Shown here: positions 1 through 10,269 of the stretch, one piece after another
How positions within the stretch are numbered: position 1 is the first letter of the stretch
Layout of the letters: the number at the start of each line of letters is the position of its first letter
Assembly: GCA_965219385.1 (NCBI GenBank)
Contig: CBDCNM010000002.1
Location: forward strand, 2,350,936 to 2,414,935
From: Candidatus Latescibacterota bacterium
Lineage (GTDB): Bacteria > Latescibacterota > UBA2968 > UBA8231
DNA length: 64,000 nucleotides
Direction of reading: 5' to 3'
Program-made: the position numbers and the translations under genes
Notes under the pieces: generated by a model
What the model was told of the DNA's origin: nothing
Seen by the model: only the letters and a program-made list of their open reading frames with translations
Databases searched by the model: none

Positions 1-1
1 C

Positions 2-826
2 GCCGACACCGCCAACGGCATGGTAGGCCCCATTCTTCAGCAGGTCTACCAGCGCCTGCCCGTAGACCTGATCGGCATGTACCTGGAGCCGGATGGTCGG
101 GTACCCAATCACGGACTCGATCCCCTGATGCCCGAAAATCGGGCCGAATTGCAGCAGCGGGTAGTGGCCGAGGGCGCCGATATCGGTTTTGCCTTTGATG
201 GGGATGGGGACCGGTTTTTTGTCATAGACGATCGGGGCGAATTCATCTCCGGCGATTTCCTCACGGCCCTGATGGGCGGGTACCTGCTGGAAAGGCACCC
301 CGGCGCCCCTATCGTTTACGATGTGCGGGCTTCATGGGCGGTGCCCGATACCATCCGGGCAACGGGCGGCACGCCGTTGATGGAGCGCGTCGGACATGCC
401 TTCATGAAAGCGCGCATGGTCAAAGAAAGAGGGTTGTTCGGAGGCGAGGTGACCGGGCACTATTATTTCAGGGATTTTTTCAACGCGGATTCGGGCATTG
501 TGCCGTCGCTGTTTATGCTGGAAATGCTCTCCCGCAAGGGACAGAGGCTTTCTGAACTACTGGTTGCCTTCGAGAGCAAGTACTTCATCTCCGGGGAGAT
601 CAACTCCACGGTTGCCGATCCTCTGGAAAAAATACGGGCCCTGGCCGAGTGCTACGGGGACGGCGAGATAGGACGATTGGATGGGATTTCAGTGGACTAC
701 GGCGACTGGCACTTCAACGTGCGGCCGTCCAATACCGAACCTTTGCTACGCCTGAACCTGGAAGCCAAGAGCAGGGAGTTGATGCAAGAGAAAAGGGACG
801 AAGTACTGGCCTTTATCCGCTCTTAG
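2..826 (+). CDS. phosphomannomutase/phosphoglucomutase, 5'-truncated by window edge
   Basis: Open frame from base 2 (ADTANGM...); metal loop FDGDGDR, sugar-binding GEVTGH, C-terminal VRPSNTEPLLRLNLE. Confidence 0.93.
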   Translation, partial: ADTANGMVGPILQQVYQRLPVDLIGMYLEPDGRVPNHGLDPLMPENRAELQQRVVAEGADIGFAFDGDGDRFFVIDDRGEFISGDFLTALMGGYLLERHPGAPIVYDVRASWAVPDTIRATGGTPLMERVGHAFMKARMVKERGLFGGEVTGHYYFRDFFNADSGIVPSLFMLEMLSRKGQRLSELLVAFESKYFISGEINSTVADPLEKIRALAECYGDGEIGRLDGISVDYGDWHFNVRPSNTEPLLRLNLEAKSRELMQEKRDEVLAFIRS

Positions 827-850
827 ATGAGATACAGTTGAGGATGTCAG

Positions 851-884
851 AAAGGAGGAAGCCCGGCGCTTCCTCCTTTTGTTT
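851..884. terminator. probable bidirectional intrinsic terminator
   Basis: AAAGGAGGAAGC-ccggc-GCTTCCTCCTTT perfect 12-bp stem followed by T-rich tail, between convergent genes. Confidence 0.7.
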
Positions 885-910
885 ATTCACCTCGACTAGT
901 GTTCCCAGAA

Positions 911-1651
911 TTAAATTGGCGAAGCACTAGTAGGTGAACCGCCTGGTTTCCGCAGGGTAAATACCATCACGCTACGCAGCCCCGCATAGATGGCTGCCGA
1001 ATTGACAAAGCGTTCGTATAGAAAGCCGATCAGGTACAAAGGCGCTATCAGGCGCAAATAAGTGGGGCGCCCTTCCCACATCTGCAGCTCTTCAACCGCG
1101 AATCCAGTGCGCCGGGCATACCTTCTAACAACTCGTGACGTATTGCACCTGTACAGAGTTGGAAAGGTGTCGTGTTCCTGGCGTCCGAGGAGCACCTTGG
1201 CGAGTCGTTCGTGAAAGGCATGAGGCAGCAAACGGGCCACGATGCCGGCGTAGTGCCATTTGTTGGGTGTTTTTGAGATAAAGAGTCCACCAGGTTTTAA
1301 GATCCTGTATACCTCCGCAAAGCAAACTTCTGGTGCGGGCAGATGCTCCACGACACTGTGGGAGAATGCGAGATCAAAGGTTTCGTCTGCAAAAGGTATT
1401 CGAGCATCGGGCAGTTGCAGGATCTTTGCTTCATCGAGAAAGGGGTTTCCAAGCACATCTTCATCGACATCTATACCTGCCACTAATTTTGTTTTTCCTT
1501 TGAAGTTCATGGCTGCGAGACGACCGCGTCCTGCCCCGTAGTCCAGGACGCAATCATCTGGATTTATCCGGTTTTCAAGCAGCCTTCCGAATTGCTCTAT
1601 ATACCCCAGATGATTCGGATACAGGGTTTTGTCCATCCACTCCCTTATCAT
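911..1651 (-). CDS. class I SAM-dependent methyltransferase (polysaccharide-cluster associated)
   Basis: Motif I VLDYGAGRG, IPFADETFDL, EHL, ILKPGG. Confidence 0.88.
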   Translation of the reverse strand: MIREWMDKTLYPNHLGYIEQFGRLLENRINPDDCVLDYGAGRGRLAAMNFKGKTKLVAGIDVDEDVLGNPFLDEAKILQLPDARIPFADETFDLAFSHSVVEHLPAPEVCFAEVYRILKPGGLFISKTPNKWHYAGIVARLLPHAFHERLAKVLLGRQEHDTFPTLYRCNTSRVVRRYARRTGFAVEELQMWEGRPTYLRLIAPLYLIGFLYERFVNSAAIYAGLRSVMVFTLRKPGGSPTSASPI

Positions 1652-1768
1652 AAATTCGCGCGTTCTTTGCGTTTATATCCCCTGGCTACTATATTTATAT
1701 TTTTTGCTGGTACACGGTAAATACCCACAAAAGAAGGTTTGACAGGCTGATTCAGTTCCAGGATTGAA

Positions 1769-3226
1769 ATGTCTCTTCTCACCCAACCAGAAACCCTCAG
1801 ACTGGAGATAGACCGCCGCTGGTTCATCCTCTGCCTCCTTCTGCAAATCGCGGTTCTGAGCGCCTTTCTGACGGACTCCTTCAAGCTTCTCTTAGTGGCG
1901 GCAATCGGAATCACCGCCGGCCTGTTCGCGGTCCTGATGTTGATCTATCCATGGCTACTGGTGCCGGTTATTCTGGGGACTACAGCTCTGGACAGCACCG
2001 GACAGGTGATAAAGACCACGGCTCTCGGCGTTCCTCTGACCAGTTTTCACCTGGCCTTCGTCGTGATGATCATTGTCCTGCCGATCCACATTCTACTGAA
2101 TAAGCGCACGGCGTTCCCGGCGTTCGAGTTGACCGGACCGATGTTCTTGTTACTGGGGGTGATGGCCATTTCCCTGACCTATTCACTCAATCAGCCCCAG
2201 GCCACCATCCATTTCATGCGAGCCGTGTTCCTGGTATTCTTCATGTACCTCGTTCAGATAATGATTGATTCGAGGGCGGCTGTCAACATAGTGGTATACT
2301 CTATGGCAATCGGGGTTATCGGAGGAGCCATCATGGGGGCCTGGCAAGTAGCAACCGGTGAGTTTCACCTGCCCGTCAACGTGATCCAAACCCTTGGCGC
2401 CAACGTACCCCGGGCCACGGGCACCTTTCACAATCCCAATACTTTCGGTTCGTTCCTGATGAGCGGCGTAATTCCGCTCCTGGGGATTCTGCTGAATTGC
2501 CGTCTGAGATGGTGGCAAAGGGTCCTTATGGGAACGGCTTGCATCATTGGATTTTTAGGGATTCTGGCCACCTTCAGCCGCTCCAACTGGGTATCCATAG
2601 GGGTCGGTGTGCTGATGGTAGTGTGGCTAGGTGGGAAGTTGCGCTACCTTTTTGGCCTTGCCCTCTTCGTTTTTGTGACCATACTGGCCCTCAGCCAATT
2701 TGTGGACTTTGCCGCCTATATTTTCGACCGTTTCCTGTCTATTTTCACCTTACTTAACGAGTTCGGCTCGATGGGGCAGACCTCCGGCACAACCCGCGTC
2801 TATCTGATCATGGCTTCCTATGAGATGTTTCTGGACCATCCCGTCCTGGGGGTGGGGTGGCGCAGTTTCCCCATTTATCTCCACGACTACGCCCCCCCGG
2901 GATACCCCTGGTGGAGCCTGGTCGATGAGAACCATACGGTGCTTGCCGCCATACTGGCGGAGCTGGGTACTGTGGGCCTGGCCGCGGCGCTCTGGTTTAT
3001 CGGGCGCACATTTTGGGTAGGCCTGCAAGGGATAAGAAATGCGCGGGATCCGTACTTGCGGGGCGTGTTGATCGGGCTGGTCTCCGTGTTCGTGGCCTTC
3101 CAGGTCAACCAGTCGTTCAACGGCGATTTTTCCAACAATATCTACTGGTTCTATATCGGCATGCTCTTTACCGTCGTGCGCCTTGATAAAGAGACTCAAC
3201 TTGATAAAGAGACTCAAACGGCGTGA
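1769..3226 (+). CDS. O-antigen ligase / Wzy-like polymerase family membrane protein
   Basis: Many hydrophobic helices; RATGTFHNPN, TFSRS, HPVLGVG, ENH..LAELG motifs typical of Wzy_C/WaaL. Confidence 0.85.
   Translation: MSLLTQPETLRLEIDRRWFILCLLLQIAVLSAFLTDSFKLLLVAAIGITAGLFAVLMLIYPWLLVPVILGTTALDSTGQVIKTTALGVPLTSFHLAFVVMIIVLPIHILLNKRTAFPAFELTGPMFLLLGVMAISLTYSLNQPQATIHFMRAVFLVFFMYLVQIMIDSRAAVNIVVYSMAIGVIGGAIMGAWQVATGEFHLPVNVIQTLGANVPRATGTFHNPNTFGSFLMSGVIPLLGILLNCRLRWWQRVLMGTACIIGFLGILATFSRSNWVSIGVGVLMVVWLGGKLRYLFGLALFVFVTILALSQFVDFAAYIFDRFLSIFTLLNEFGSMGQTSGTTRVYLIMASYEMFLDHPVLGVGWRSFPIYLHDYAPPGYPWWSLVDENHTVLAAILAELGTVGLAAALWFIGRTFWVGLQGIRNARDPYLRGVLIGLVSVFVAFQVNQSFNGDFSNNIYWFYIGMLFTVVRLDKETQLDKETQTA
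3182..3217 (+). repeat. 18-bp perfect tandem duplication (LDKETQ x2)
   Basis: CTTGATAAAGAGACTCAA twice. Confidence 0.95.
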
Positions 3227-4383
3227 AGATTCTGGTTGCCTCGCACCTGTACCCCAATGCCTCGACCCTGGCTACTGGTAGTTTTGTCCACAATCAGGTG
3301 CGCTTTTTGCGCGCCTACTGCGCCATCGAGGTGATTTCGCCCACTCCCTGGTTTCCGCCCCTGCCTGGATTTGGGCGCTGGAGTGGTTACGGCAGCGTCC
3401 AGCGCCAGGAGGTCATGGATGAGGTGGAAGTAGCGCGCCCGCCTTATTTTGCCCTGCCGCGCCGGGTGCTGTTCTCCCGGATCTGGCGTTCCTACCTGGC
3501 GGCCTTGCAGCGGACCATCCGCACCCCCCCCGACCTCATCCACGCCCATTGCGCCTATCCCGATGGACTGGCCGCCGTGCACTATGGCCGTCGTCTGGGT
3601 CTGCCCGTGGTCATCACCGTGCACGGGCACGATATAAGAGACCTACCTCGCAAGCCGCGCTGGGGGGAACTGGTTTTCGAAGCCCTGGAGCAGGCCGCCG
3701 TAGTGGTCTCCAATGGTCGGGATCTGTACGGGCGGATGCAGGATCTGGGCATTCCCGCCCACAAGATGGAAATCATACCCAATGGGGTCGACTGTCAGGT
3801 GTTTCGCAGCGATTTTACCCGTCGGCCTGGCGTCCAAGGGTGGCGCCTGCTCTACGTAGGACGTTTCGACCGCAGGAAGGGGATTGATGTCCTGCTCCAG
3901 GCAATGGCGCTTGTGCGGCGCAAGCGCGATGATGTACAACTCACGCTCATCGGCGGGGGCGAGACCACCGGAACGGCAGGGGGGTTTCTCCGGCAGGCAG
4001 AGGCATTGGGCCTGCAAGACTGCGTTGAATTTCTCGACGAACTACCTTGGTTCCAGATCTCGAACCACATGAGCGCTGCCGACGTTTTTGTTTTGCCCAG
4101 CCTGTACGAGAGCTTCGGATTGGTTCTGGTCGAAGCCATGGCCTGCGGCTTGCCGCTTGTAGCGACGCGGTGTGGCGGCCCGAATACCATTGTCGAGGAA
4201 GGAATCGGAGTCTTGGTCGGAGTGGATGATGTGGAGGATCTGGCGCGAGGCATCGAGGAGGTGCTGAAGAGCTACTCGACTTACGACCGGCAGGCGATCC
4301 GCCAGCGGGCAAAAGAGAAGTACGATTACCGCCAGATAGCGGCGCGGATTCACCGGGTGTACGAAGCAGTGCTGAGGGGCTGA
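3223..4383 (+). CDS. GT4 glycosyltransferase (TuaC-like)
   Basis: GTG start overlapping upstream stop; DLIHAH, TVHGHD, ESFGLVLVEAMACG (E-x7-E). Confidence 0.9.
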   Translation: MKILVASHLYPNASTLATGSFVHNQVRFLRAYCAIEVISPTPWFPPLPGFGRWSGYGSVQRQEVMDEVEVARPPYFALPRRVLFSRIWRSYLAALQRTIRTPPDLIHAHCAYPDGLAAVHYGRRLGLPVVITVHGHDIRDLPRKPRWGELVFEALEQAAVVVSNGRDLYGRMQDLGIPAHKMEIIPNGVDCQVFRSDFTRRPGVQGWRLLYVGRFDRRKGIDVLLQAMALVRRKRDDVQLTLIGGGETTGTAGGFLRQAEALGLQDCVEFLDELPWFQISNHMSAADVFVLPSLYESFGLVLVEAMACGLPLVATRCGGPNTIVEEGIGVLVGVDDVEDLARGIEEVLKSYSTYDRQAIRQRAKEKYDYRQIAARIHRVYEAVLRG

Positions 4384-5519
4384 CCTGTCCTGTCGTTTAT
4401 CAGTTCCTGGTAAAATTGCACCAGTTTCTCCCCTTCGACATCCCAGTTGTACTTGCCGAGCACGGCTTCCCGACCGCGCTCGCCCATTTCCCGACACAGG
4501 GTTTCGTCCTTCAGGAGACGTAGCACTGCTGCTTCGACGGCTTCCGGGTTTAAAGGGTCCACGGCCAGGCCGCATCGGGTTTCCTGGATGATCTCCTGCC
4601 AGAGGGGGGTATTGGAGATCACCACGGGCTTGCCCATCATCATGTACTCGAACGCCTTGGTGAATAGGGCGTCGAGGTAGGTAGGATCGGGGTGAATCAG
4701 GGCCAGCCCAATATCCGATCGCGAGATCTGGTGGTGGACCTCTGGATGTGAAACCCGGCCTTGCAATTCGACGTTAGAGTTGATCCCATAAGATGAAATC
4801 AGGTCGCGGACCCTGACCTCTTCGGCTACCGGGACGATGGGACCGACCAGGCGCAGGAGGATTTCCGGGTAGGATGGTTTGAGGCGGCGGACCAGTTCCA
4901 GCATTTCGTAGAGGCCCCGAATCGCCCGGATGGAGCCTGCGTAAATCAAGGTGGGACGCTTCGCGGCCTCTGGGTCTTTGGGGAGGCGAAGGGAGGTGTA
5001 GTTCGGCAAGGGGTAGTTCATCACGACTTGGGTGCGATAGTCCGGGTAGTATTTCAGCTGGCTGCTTACAACCAGGACGAGGCCGTCCAATAGGGGCAAG
5101 GTCAGGCGTTCGACCAGCTGGTAAAGCTTCAGGGCCAGGAAGCGCAAAGGGCGGGGCAACCACTCCTTGGTGAGAATCTGCTGCGGCACAATTTCGTGGA
5201 TATCGTAGACGACGCGGCTCCGAGTGAGGAGTTTGAGCAGGACGCCCACGGGGAGCAGTTCAGGGTCGTGAAAGGCATACAGGTCGGCGCGCTGGCGCAA
5301 GGCCAGAAAGGCGATGTGCAGGGTCCTCAACATCCGGTGCAGGCGATTTTTCGGCCTGGGAAGAGGCAGAATCCGAATCTTTTCCGCATCCTGGTGGGCG
5401 AGATCCTCCTGGGCGATGATCGTCACCTCAAAGCCGGCCCGGGCCAGACTGCGCGCTTCTTTTTGAAAAATGCGCGTGTCAAAGGCAAGGTGGACCGAGC
5501 TGAGCATACAGATCCGCAT
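4350..5519 (-). CDS. GT4 glycosyltransferase
   Basis: MRICMLSSVH..DTRIF.KE, HDPEL, KAFEYMMMGKPVV, YNW; overlaps convergent GT4 by 34 bp. Confidence 0.88.
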   Translation of the reverse strand: MRICMLSSVHLAFDTRIFQKEARSLARAGFEVTIIAQEDLAHQDAEKIRILPLPRPKNRLHRMLRTLHIAFLALRQRADLYAFHDPELLPVGVLLKLLTRSRVVYDIHEIVPQQILTKEWLPRPLRFLALKLYQLVERLTLPLLDGLVLVVSSQLKYYPDYRTQVVMNYPLPNYTSLRLPKDPEAAKRPTLIYAGSIRAIRGLYEMLELVRRLKPSYPEILLRLVGPIVPVAEEVRVRDLISSYGINSNVELQGRVSHPEVHHQISRSDIGLALIHPDPTYLDALFTKAFEYMMMGKPVVISNTPLWQEIIQETRCGLAVDPLNPEAVEAAVLRLLKDETLCREMGERGREAVLGKYNWDVEGEKLVQFYQELINDRTGQPLSTASYTR

Positions 5520-5569
5520 AGGACACATTGAAGTTTTGGGGGTGGGGAGGACCGCGCTGACAATTCCAT

Positions 5570-5603
5570 TTAAGCGTAGACCAAAATTAAGCGTAGACCA
5601 AAA
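5570..5603. repeat. 17-bp perfect tandem duplication in divergent intergenic region
   Basis: TTAAGCGTAGACCAAAA twice. Confidence 0.92.
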
Positions 5604-5803
5604 ATAGGAATTCTCCCCATAAAGTCAAAACCCCGGAACCGAAACCCGGCCGGCCGCGTTCCTGTACTGAACGCAGGGCGGGGGCTGCTTCTCCAGCGCT
5701 AGAAATTTATGTGCGGGAAGTTGCCTCTGGATGTCGATAACTCGTATATTCTATTAGATTTTCGCTCACTGCATTCGAGAGCTAAGGAGTCGCACTTCCG
5801 GAC

Positions 5804-7024
5804 ATGAGAATTTTGTTGGTGGCGCCTCGTTTCCCCTATCCAACTCGCACGGGCGACACCCTTACCGTCTTCCATTTGCTCAAACACTTTTCGCAGCGCC
5901 ATACGGTCGATCTGGTCGCCTGTGTTAGAGAGCATCCTCCTCCCGAGTATCGTGCGGCCGTGGCTGCATACTGTGGTCTTGTGCGCACGGTCCAGATACC
6001 GTTCTTGAAGAGCGCATTCAACAGCGCGACCGCTGTTTTGCAGGGAAGACCGTTGCAGTCGGCCTGGTTCACTTGTGCCAAGGTTCAGCGGGTTATTTCC
6101 GACCTGGTGCGCGAACAGGATTACGATGTCCTTTATGCCCATACCGTACGGGTTGCCCGGTATCTGCTAGATCTACCGGTGCAGACCAGGGCCTTGCGTA
6201 TCCTGGCCATGCAGATATCCATGAAGTTAAACTATCAAAGACTGGCTCTTTACGAACGCAACCCCCTGTACCGACTGGCGTTTCGCTACGAAGCCTCGCG
6301 CCTGGGCTCTTTCGAGCGGCAGCTGGTGGATAAATTTGATCGTTCACTGGTGATTTCAGCGGTGGATAGAAACGCTATTTCTCCAGACCCCGATGACAGA
6401 TTCTTCGAATGCCCCCATGGAGTCACCCTCGATGATCCGTCCGCACCGGTCGAGGTCAGGCGTCCCAACTCCATTATTTTTTCTGGAAATATGAACTATC
6501 GTCCCAACGTTGACGCCGTCGTTTACTTTTATAGAGAGATCTTCCCCAAGGTGCGCCGGACCATCCCCGACGCCGAGTTTCTCATAGTAGGCGCCAACCC
6601 GGATATCAGCATCCGCAGGCTCGAGGAGGATCCAGGAGTACACATTACTGGAGAGGTCCCATCCGTATATTCGTGGCTGCGCCGGACAATGGTGGGCATA
6701 GATCCCCTGCGCGCGGGGGCCGGACTGCAAAACAAGATTCTGGAAGGCATGACCTGTGGGCTGCCCATGGTGGTTACCCCGGTAGCCAACGAAGGCATCC
6801 AGGCAACCCCCGACGTACACCTGTTCGCCACGGATGATCCCGTGGAGTTTGCCGGGCATATCATCCGCCTGATGCAGGATAAAGATCTGCGCGAGTCGAT
6901 GGGCAATGCCGCACGGCGTTTCATTCAAGAGCGCTGGTCCTGGGAGGCCCATTTTAATCGCCTGGAGGCGATGTTCGTCGACGAGTTGAGGGCTCGAGAG
7001 GACCTTGCCAATCGAGCTGGTTGA
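5804..7024 (+). CDS. GT4 glycosyltransferase (TIGR03087-like sugar transferase)
   Basis: RFPYP, FSGNMNYRPNVDA, PLRAGAGLQNKILEGM..GLP. Confidence 0.88.
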   Translation: MRILLVAPRFPYPTRTGDTLTVFHLLKHFSQRHTVDLVACVREHPPPEYRAAVAAYCGLVRTVQIPFLKSAFNSATAVLQGRPLQSAWFTCAKVQRVISDLVREQDYDVLYAHTVRVARYLLDLPVQTRALRILAMQISMKLNYQRLALYERNPLYRLAFRYEASRLGSFERQLVDKFDRSLVISAVDRNAISPDPDDRFFECPHGVTLDDPSAPVEVRRPNSIIFSGNMNYRPNVDAVVYFYREIFPKVRRTIPDAEFLIVGANPDISIRRLEEDPGVHITGEVPSVYSWLRRTMVGIDPLRAGAGLQNKILEGMTCGLPMVVTPVANEGIQATPDVHLFATDDPVEFAGHIIRLMQDKDLRESMGNAARRFIQERWSWEAHFNRLEAMFVDELRAREDLANRAG

Positions 7025-7070
7025 CAAAATCCATACAATGATGGCCCGAACGCAGACCCTTTGTTAGAAG

Positions 7071-8531
7071 ATGTCCAGTACCAGAGAAAAAATACTGCTT
7101 CTGCTCAGTGATTTCCTTGCCGTTAACCTGGCTTCGGTCCTGTTTTTATGGCTGAAGTTCATCGGCGGACTGAGAAACGTCGAGCTTAGCTGGAACCGGC
7201 TCTATGCCGAGGCGACAGGCGGACCTTCTTTCTGGTACGCCCTCACCTACTACCTCTACGATGCCCTGCCGGTGATCTATGGTTGCTGGCTGGTGCTGTT
7301 CCTTTTTAACGGTATGTACCGGACCCAGTACTCCCGGTCCCGCTTTGACGAAGTGATTACTGCATTCAAGGTGGTCACTGTGGGTACCGTGATTTTTTTT
7401 ATTGCCACTTTTGATCCCGAGCAACCCCTCCCCTTTACCCGCACGCTCATATTTTCCTACTGGATAGCCTTGATCACTCTGGTGGCCGGGGGCAGGGTTG
7501 TGGTTCGCAGTTTCCAGCGTCAGCTGTTGATCCGGGGCATAGGCCGGCACAACGCCGTGATTGTGGGCAGCGATACGCGGGGAGCGCGGTTGCTGCACGA
7601 CCTGCGATCTTCACCGGCGCAAGGATACCACATAGTCGGTTTCGTGCGTGCGCGGGACGAGGAACCCAAGGCCGAGGTGGGGGGCATTTCCATTCTGGGC
7701 ACTACCGAGGAACTGGGCCACATCATCGCGGAAAACCGCGTAGAAACGGTCTTGATTGCCCTGCAGTCCAACTCCCACGAAGAGATCCTGGAGATCGTCA
7801 ACGCGGCGGACGGACAGCCGGTTTCTTTCAGTATCACCCCCGACCTTTACGACATTGTCACGGGTCACGTGCGCACCAACCAGATCTACGGGGTGCCCCT
7901 GATGGAGATGAGGCCGGAGTTGATGCCGGCCTGGGAACAGACCATCAAGCGTCTGATCGATATCGCCGTGGCCTTGCTGGTGAGCATCGGCTTGGCTCCG
8001 CTGTGGGTCCTTGTGGCCCTGTCCATCAAGCTCGACTCGAGAGGACCTGTGTTATTTCGCCAGGAACGGGTGGGCAAGAACGGCAAGCTGTTCACGATGT
8101 ACAAGTTTCGCTCCATGGTTGCCAATGCGGAAGACCGCACCGGGCCGGTGTGGGTCGGGCGGAGGGATCCGCGCGTGACCCGGGTGGGGAGCATTCTGCG
8201 CACCCTGCATCTGGACGAGGTGCCCCAGTGTCTCAATTTCCTCAAGGGCGATATGAGCCTGGTGGGGCCGCGGCCGGAGCGTCCTTACTTCGTCGAACAG
8301 TTCGGGAAGCACATTCCGTTCTACATGCGGCGCTTTAACGTGAAACCTGGTCTGCTGGGTTGGGCCCAGTCCCAACACGAATTCGACATGAATTCGAAGG
8401 ACTGGGTGGGCATTGCCCGGGGACGCGTGGAGTACGATCTCTACTATATTGAGAATATGTCCCTGGAGCTGGACTTCAAAATCATGCTCCAGACCATCTG
8501 GTTCGTGCTGGCCGGCAAGAGCACCCGGTAG
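7071..8531 (+). CDS. polyprenyl-phosphate sugar phosphotransferase (priming glycosyltransferase, WcaJ/WbaP-like)
   Basis: N-terminal TM helices, CoA-binding-like domain, KRLID, YKFRSM, LDEVPQ, GDMSLVGPRPERP, DLYYIEN. Confidence 0.93.
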   Translation: MSSTREKILLLLSDFLAVNLASVLFLWLKFIGGLRNVELSWNRLYAEATGGPSFWYALTYYLYDALPVIYGCWLVLFLFNGMYRTQYSRSRFDEVITAFKVVTVGTVIFFIATFDPEQPLPFTRTLIFSYWIALITLVAGGRVVVRSFQRQLLIRGIGRHNAVIVGSDTRGARLLHDLRSSPAQGYHIVGFVRARDEEPKAEVGGISILGTTEELGHIIAENRVETVLIALQSNSHEEILEIVNAADGQPVSFSITPDLYDIVTGHVRTNQIYGVPLMEMRPELMPAWEQTIKRLIDIAVALLVSIGLAPLWVLVALSIKLDSRGPVLFRQERVGKNGKLFTMYKFRSMVANAEDRTGPVWVGRRDPRVTRVGSILRTLHLDEVPQCLNFLKGDMSLVGPRPERPYFVEQFGKHIPFYMRRFNVKPGLLGWAQSQHEFDMNSKDWVGIARGRVEYDLYYIENMSLELDFKIMLQTIWFVLAGKSTR

Positions 8532-8533
8532 CT

Positions 8534-9310
8534 CTATGCTTCCCCGGTCGGGTTGGCGCGCAGGGTTTCCAGGTTTTTCTGTACGGTCTGGACGCCGTAG
8601 GCCAGGGCGTTGCCCACGTTGAGGAAGCGGTAACCCCAGCGGATTTTTTGCTGGATATCGGCGATGTCCAGCAGCGTGGTGCCGGTGGCGATGCCGGTGC
8701 CCTCCAGCCTTTTGGGCACATCCTCCATGATCTCCTGGACCTCCCTGGAGCCGGTATCCGCGATGGTGCCGACCGAGCCGGAAAGGTCCAGGGGGCCGAC
8801 CAGGATCACGTCGATCCCCGGTATTTTTTTGATCTCGTCGATGTTGTCGTAGGCCTCCCGGCTCTCGAGTTGGATGACCAGTACGGTCTCCTGATTGGCG
8901 GTCTTGATGACGTGGTTCCAGTCCTCGCCGGCTACCGCCGACCAGGTGGGGGTGATGCCGCGATTCCCCTCGGGGGGATAGTAGGCGTACTCCGCGGCCC
9001 GGGCTGCTGCTTCCGGGGTGTCGACCTGGGGCACCATCACGGCCACGGCCCCCACATCATAGGCTTTTTTGATCAGGGCCGGGTCGTTCCAGGCCACCCG
9101 GATCATGGGGGCCACGCCGCGCTGGCGCGTGAGCACGGGGATGGTGTCCAGCGCTTCGGTGCCGAAAGCAGCGTGTTCAGTGTCGATCCAGATGAAGTCC
9201 GGCCGGGTTCTGAGGACGGCGCCGGTGACCAGGGGCGAAGGAGCCGGCAGACCGGTGCCCAGAATCAGTTCGCCGTTTTTGAGTCGCTGCTTGAGTGGAT
9301 TGGGATACAT
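8534..9310 (-). CDS. HpcH/HpaI class II aldolase family protein
   Basis: Start MYPNPLKQRL with AGGAG RBS; IDTEH, MIRV, QLES, GPLDL. Confidence 0.88.
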   Translation of the reverse strand: MYPNPLKQRLKNGELILGTGLPAPSPLVTGAVLRTRPDFIWIDTEHAAFGTEALDTIPVLTRQRGVAPMIRVAWNDPALIKKAYDVGAVAVMVPQVDTPEAAARAAEYAYYPPEGNRGITPTWSAVAGEDWNHVIKTANQETVLVIQLESREAYDNIDEIKKIPGIDVILVGPLDLSGSVGTIADTGSREVQEIMEDVPKRLEGTGIATGTTLLDIADIQQKIRWGYRFLNVGNALAYGVQTVQKNLETLRANPTGEA

Positions 9311-9336
9311 GGTCTTCTCCTGATGATGGGAAATGG

Positions 9337-10143
9337 TCAGCTGAGAGTGAAGAGAATCAAAGCGCCCAGCAAGAGCCGGTAGAGGGAAAACAAGTCGGTC
9401 CGGTGGCGCTGCAAAAAGCTCAACAGAAAACCGATCGACAAGTAGCCGCTCACGGCGGCGGCTCCAACCCCGATCCCCAGGTTGAACAGACCCTCGCTGC
9501 CCATGCCCCGGTCCAGCAACTCGAAGAACTCCAGTACGCCGCTGGCGCCGATAGCCGGCAGGCCCAGGATAAAGGAAAAGCGGGCCGCGTCCTCCCGCCG
9601 GAGGCCGATGAACAGCCCGCCCATGATGGTAGAGCCCGAGCGCGAGCAGCCCGGGATCAGGGCCAGGGCCTGGCACAGGCCAATGAACTGGATGCGCCAG
9701 AAGCTCAGGTCCTGCATGAAGCGTTGTTGCCGACCCAGGCGCTCGGCCAGGATCAGCAGCACAGCCAGGACGATCAGGGCGCTGGCAATAAGGGAAAGAT
9801 CGCGCGCCTCGGTCTCAATGAAGTCCTTGAAGCCCAGGCCCAGCACGGCGATGGGCACGGTGCCCGGAACGATGGACCAGGCCAGGCGGGTGTCGGAGCT
9901 ATGGTTGAAGTTGCGGTGCCGCAGGCCGGCCAGGGCGGCGCTGGTCAGGCGCTTGATAGCGGACGCAAAGTAGATAAACACAGCGGCCAGGGTTCCCAAC
10001 TGAACGACGGCCGAGAAGGCCGCGCCGGGATCATCCCAGCCCAGAAAGTACGGCACCACGCGGAGGTGGGCGGTGCTGCTGATGGGCAGGAATTCGGTCA
10101 GTCCCTGGACCACGCCCAGGACCAGTGCCTGAAACCAGGTCAT
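9337..10143 (-). CDS. uppP: undecaprenyl-diphosphate phosphatase
   Basis: QGLTEFLPISSTAHL and PGCSRSGSTI signature motifs. Confidence 0.95.
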   Translation of the reverse strand: MTWFQALVLGVVQGLTEFLPISSTAHLRVVPYFLGWDDPGAAFSAVVQLGTLAAVFIYFASAIKRLTSAALAGLRHRNFNHSSDTRLAWSIVPGTVPIAVLGLGFKDFIETEARDLSLIASALIVLAVLLILAERLGRQQRFMQDLSFWRIQFIGLCQALALIPGCSRSGSTIMGGLFIGLRREDAARFSFILGLPAIGASGVLEFFELLDRGMGSEGLFNLGIGVGAAAVSGYLSIGFLLSFLQRHRTDLFSLYRLLLGALILFTLS

Positions 10144-10269
10144 ATACTCCTTTCACCAGAGGCTCGCAAAACGATGAGCTAAACTAAGCCCATCCCGCTC
10201 TCTTGACAAGCCCTGTTGGCAAGGTGTTCTTTCTCGAAGATCCCCTGGCCCTCAAGGACCTGGAGTGAT

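Noticed and set aside
7021..7040. TTGACA and TACAAT upstream of the priming transferase as a promoter
   Set aside because: Only 7 bp apart, incompatible with sigma70 spacing.
9311..9676. N-terminal extension of the aldolase ORF (380 aa in the track)
   Set aside because: It overlaps uppP in another frame; a good RBS and family-typical start lie at 9310.
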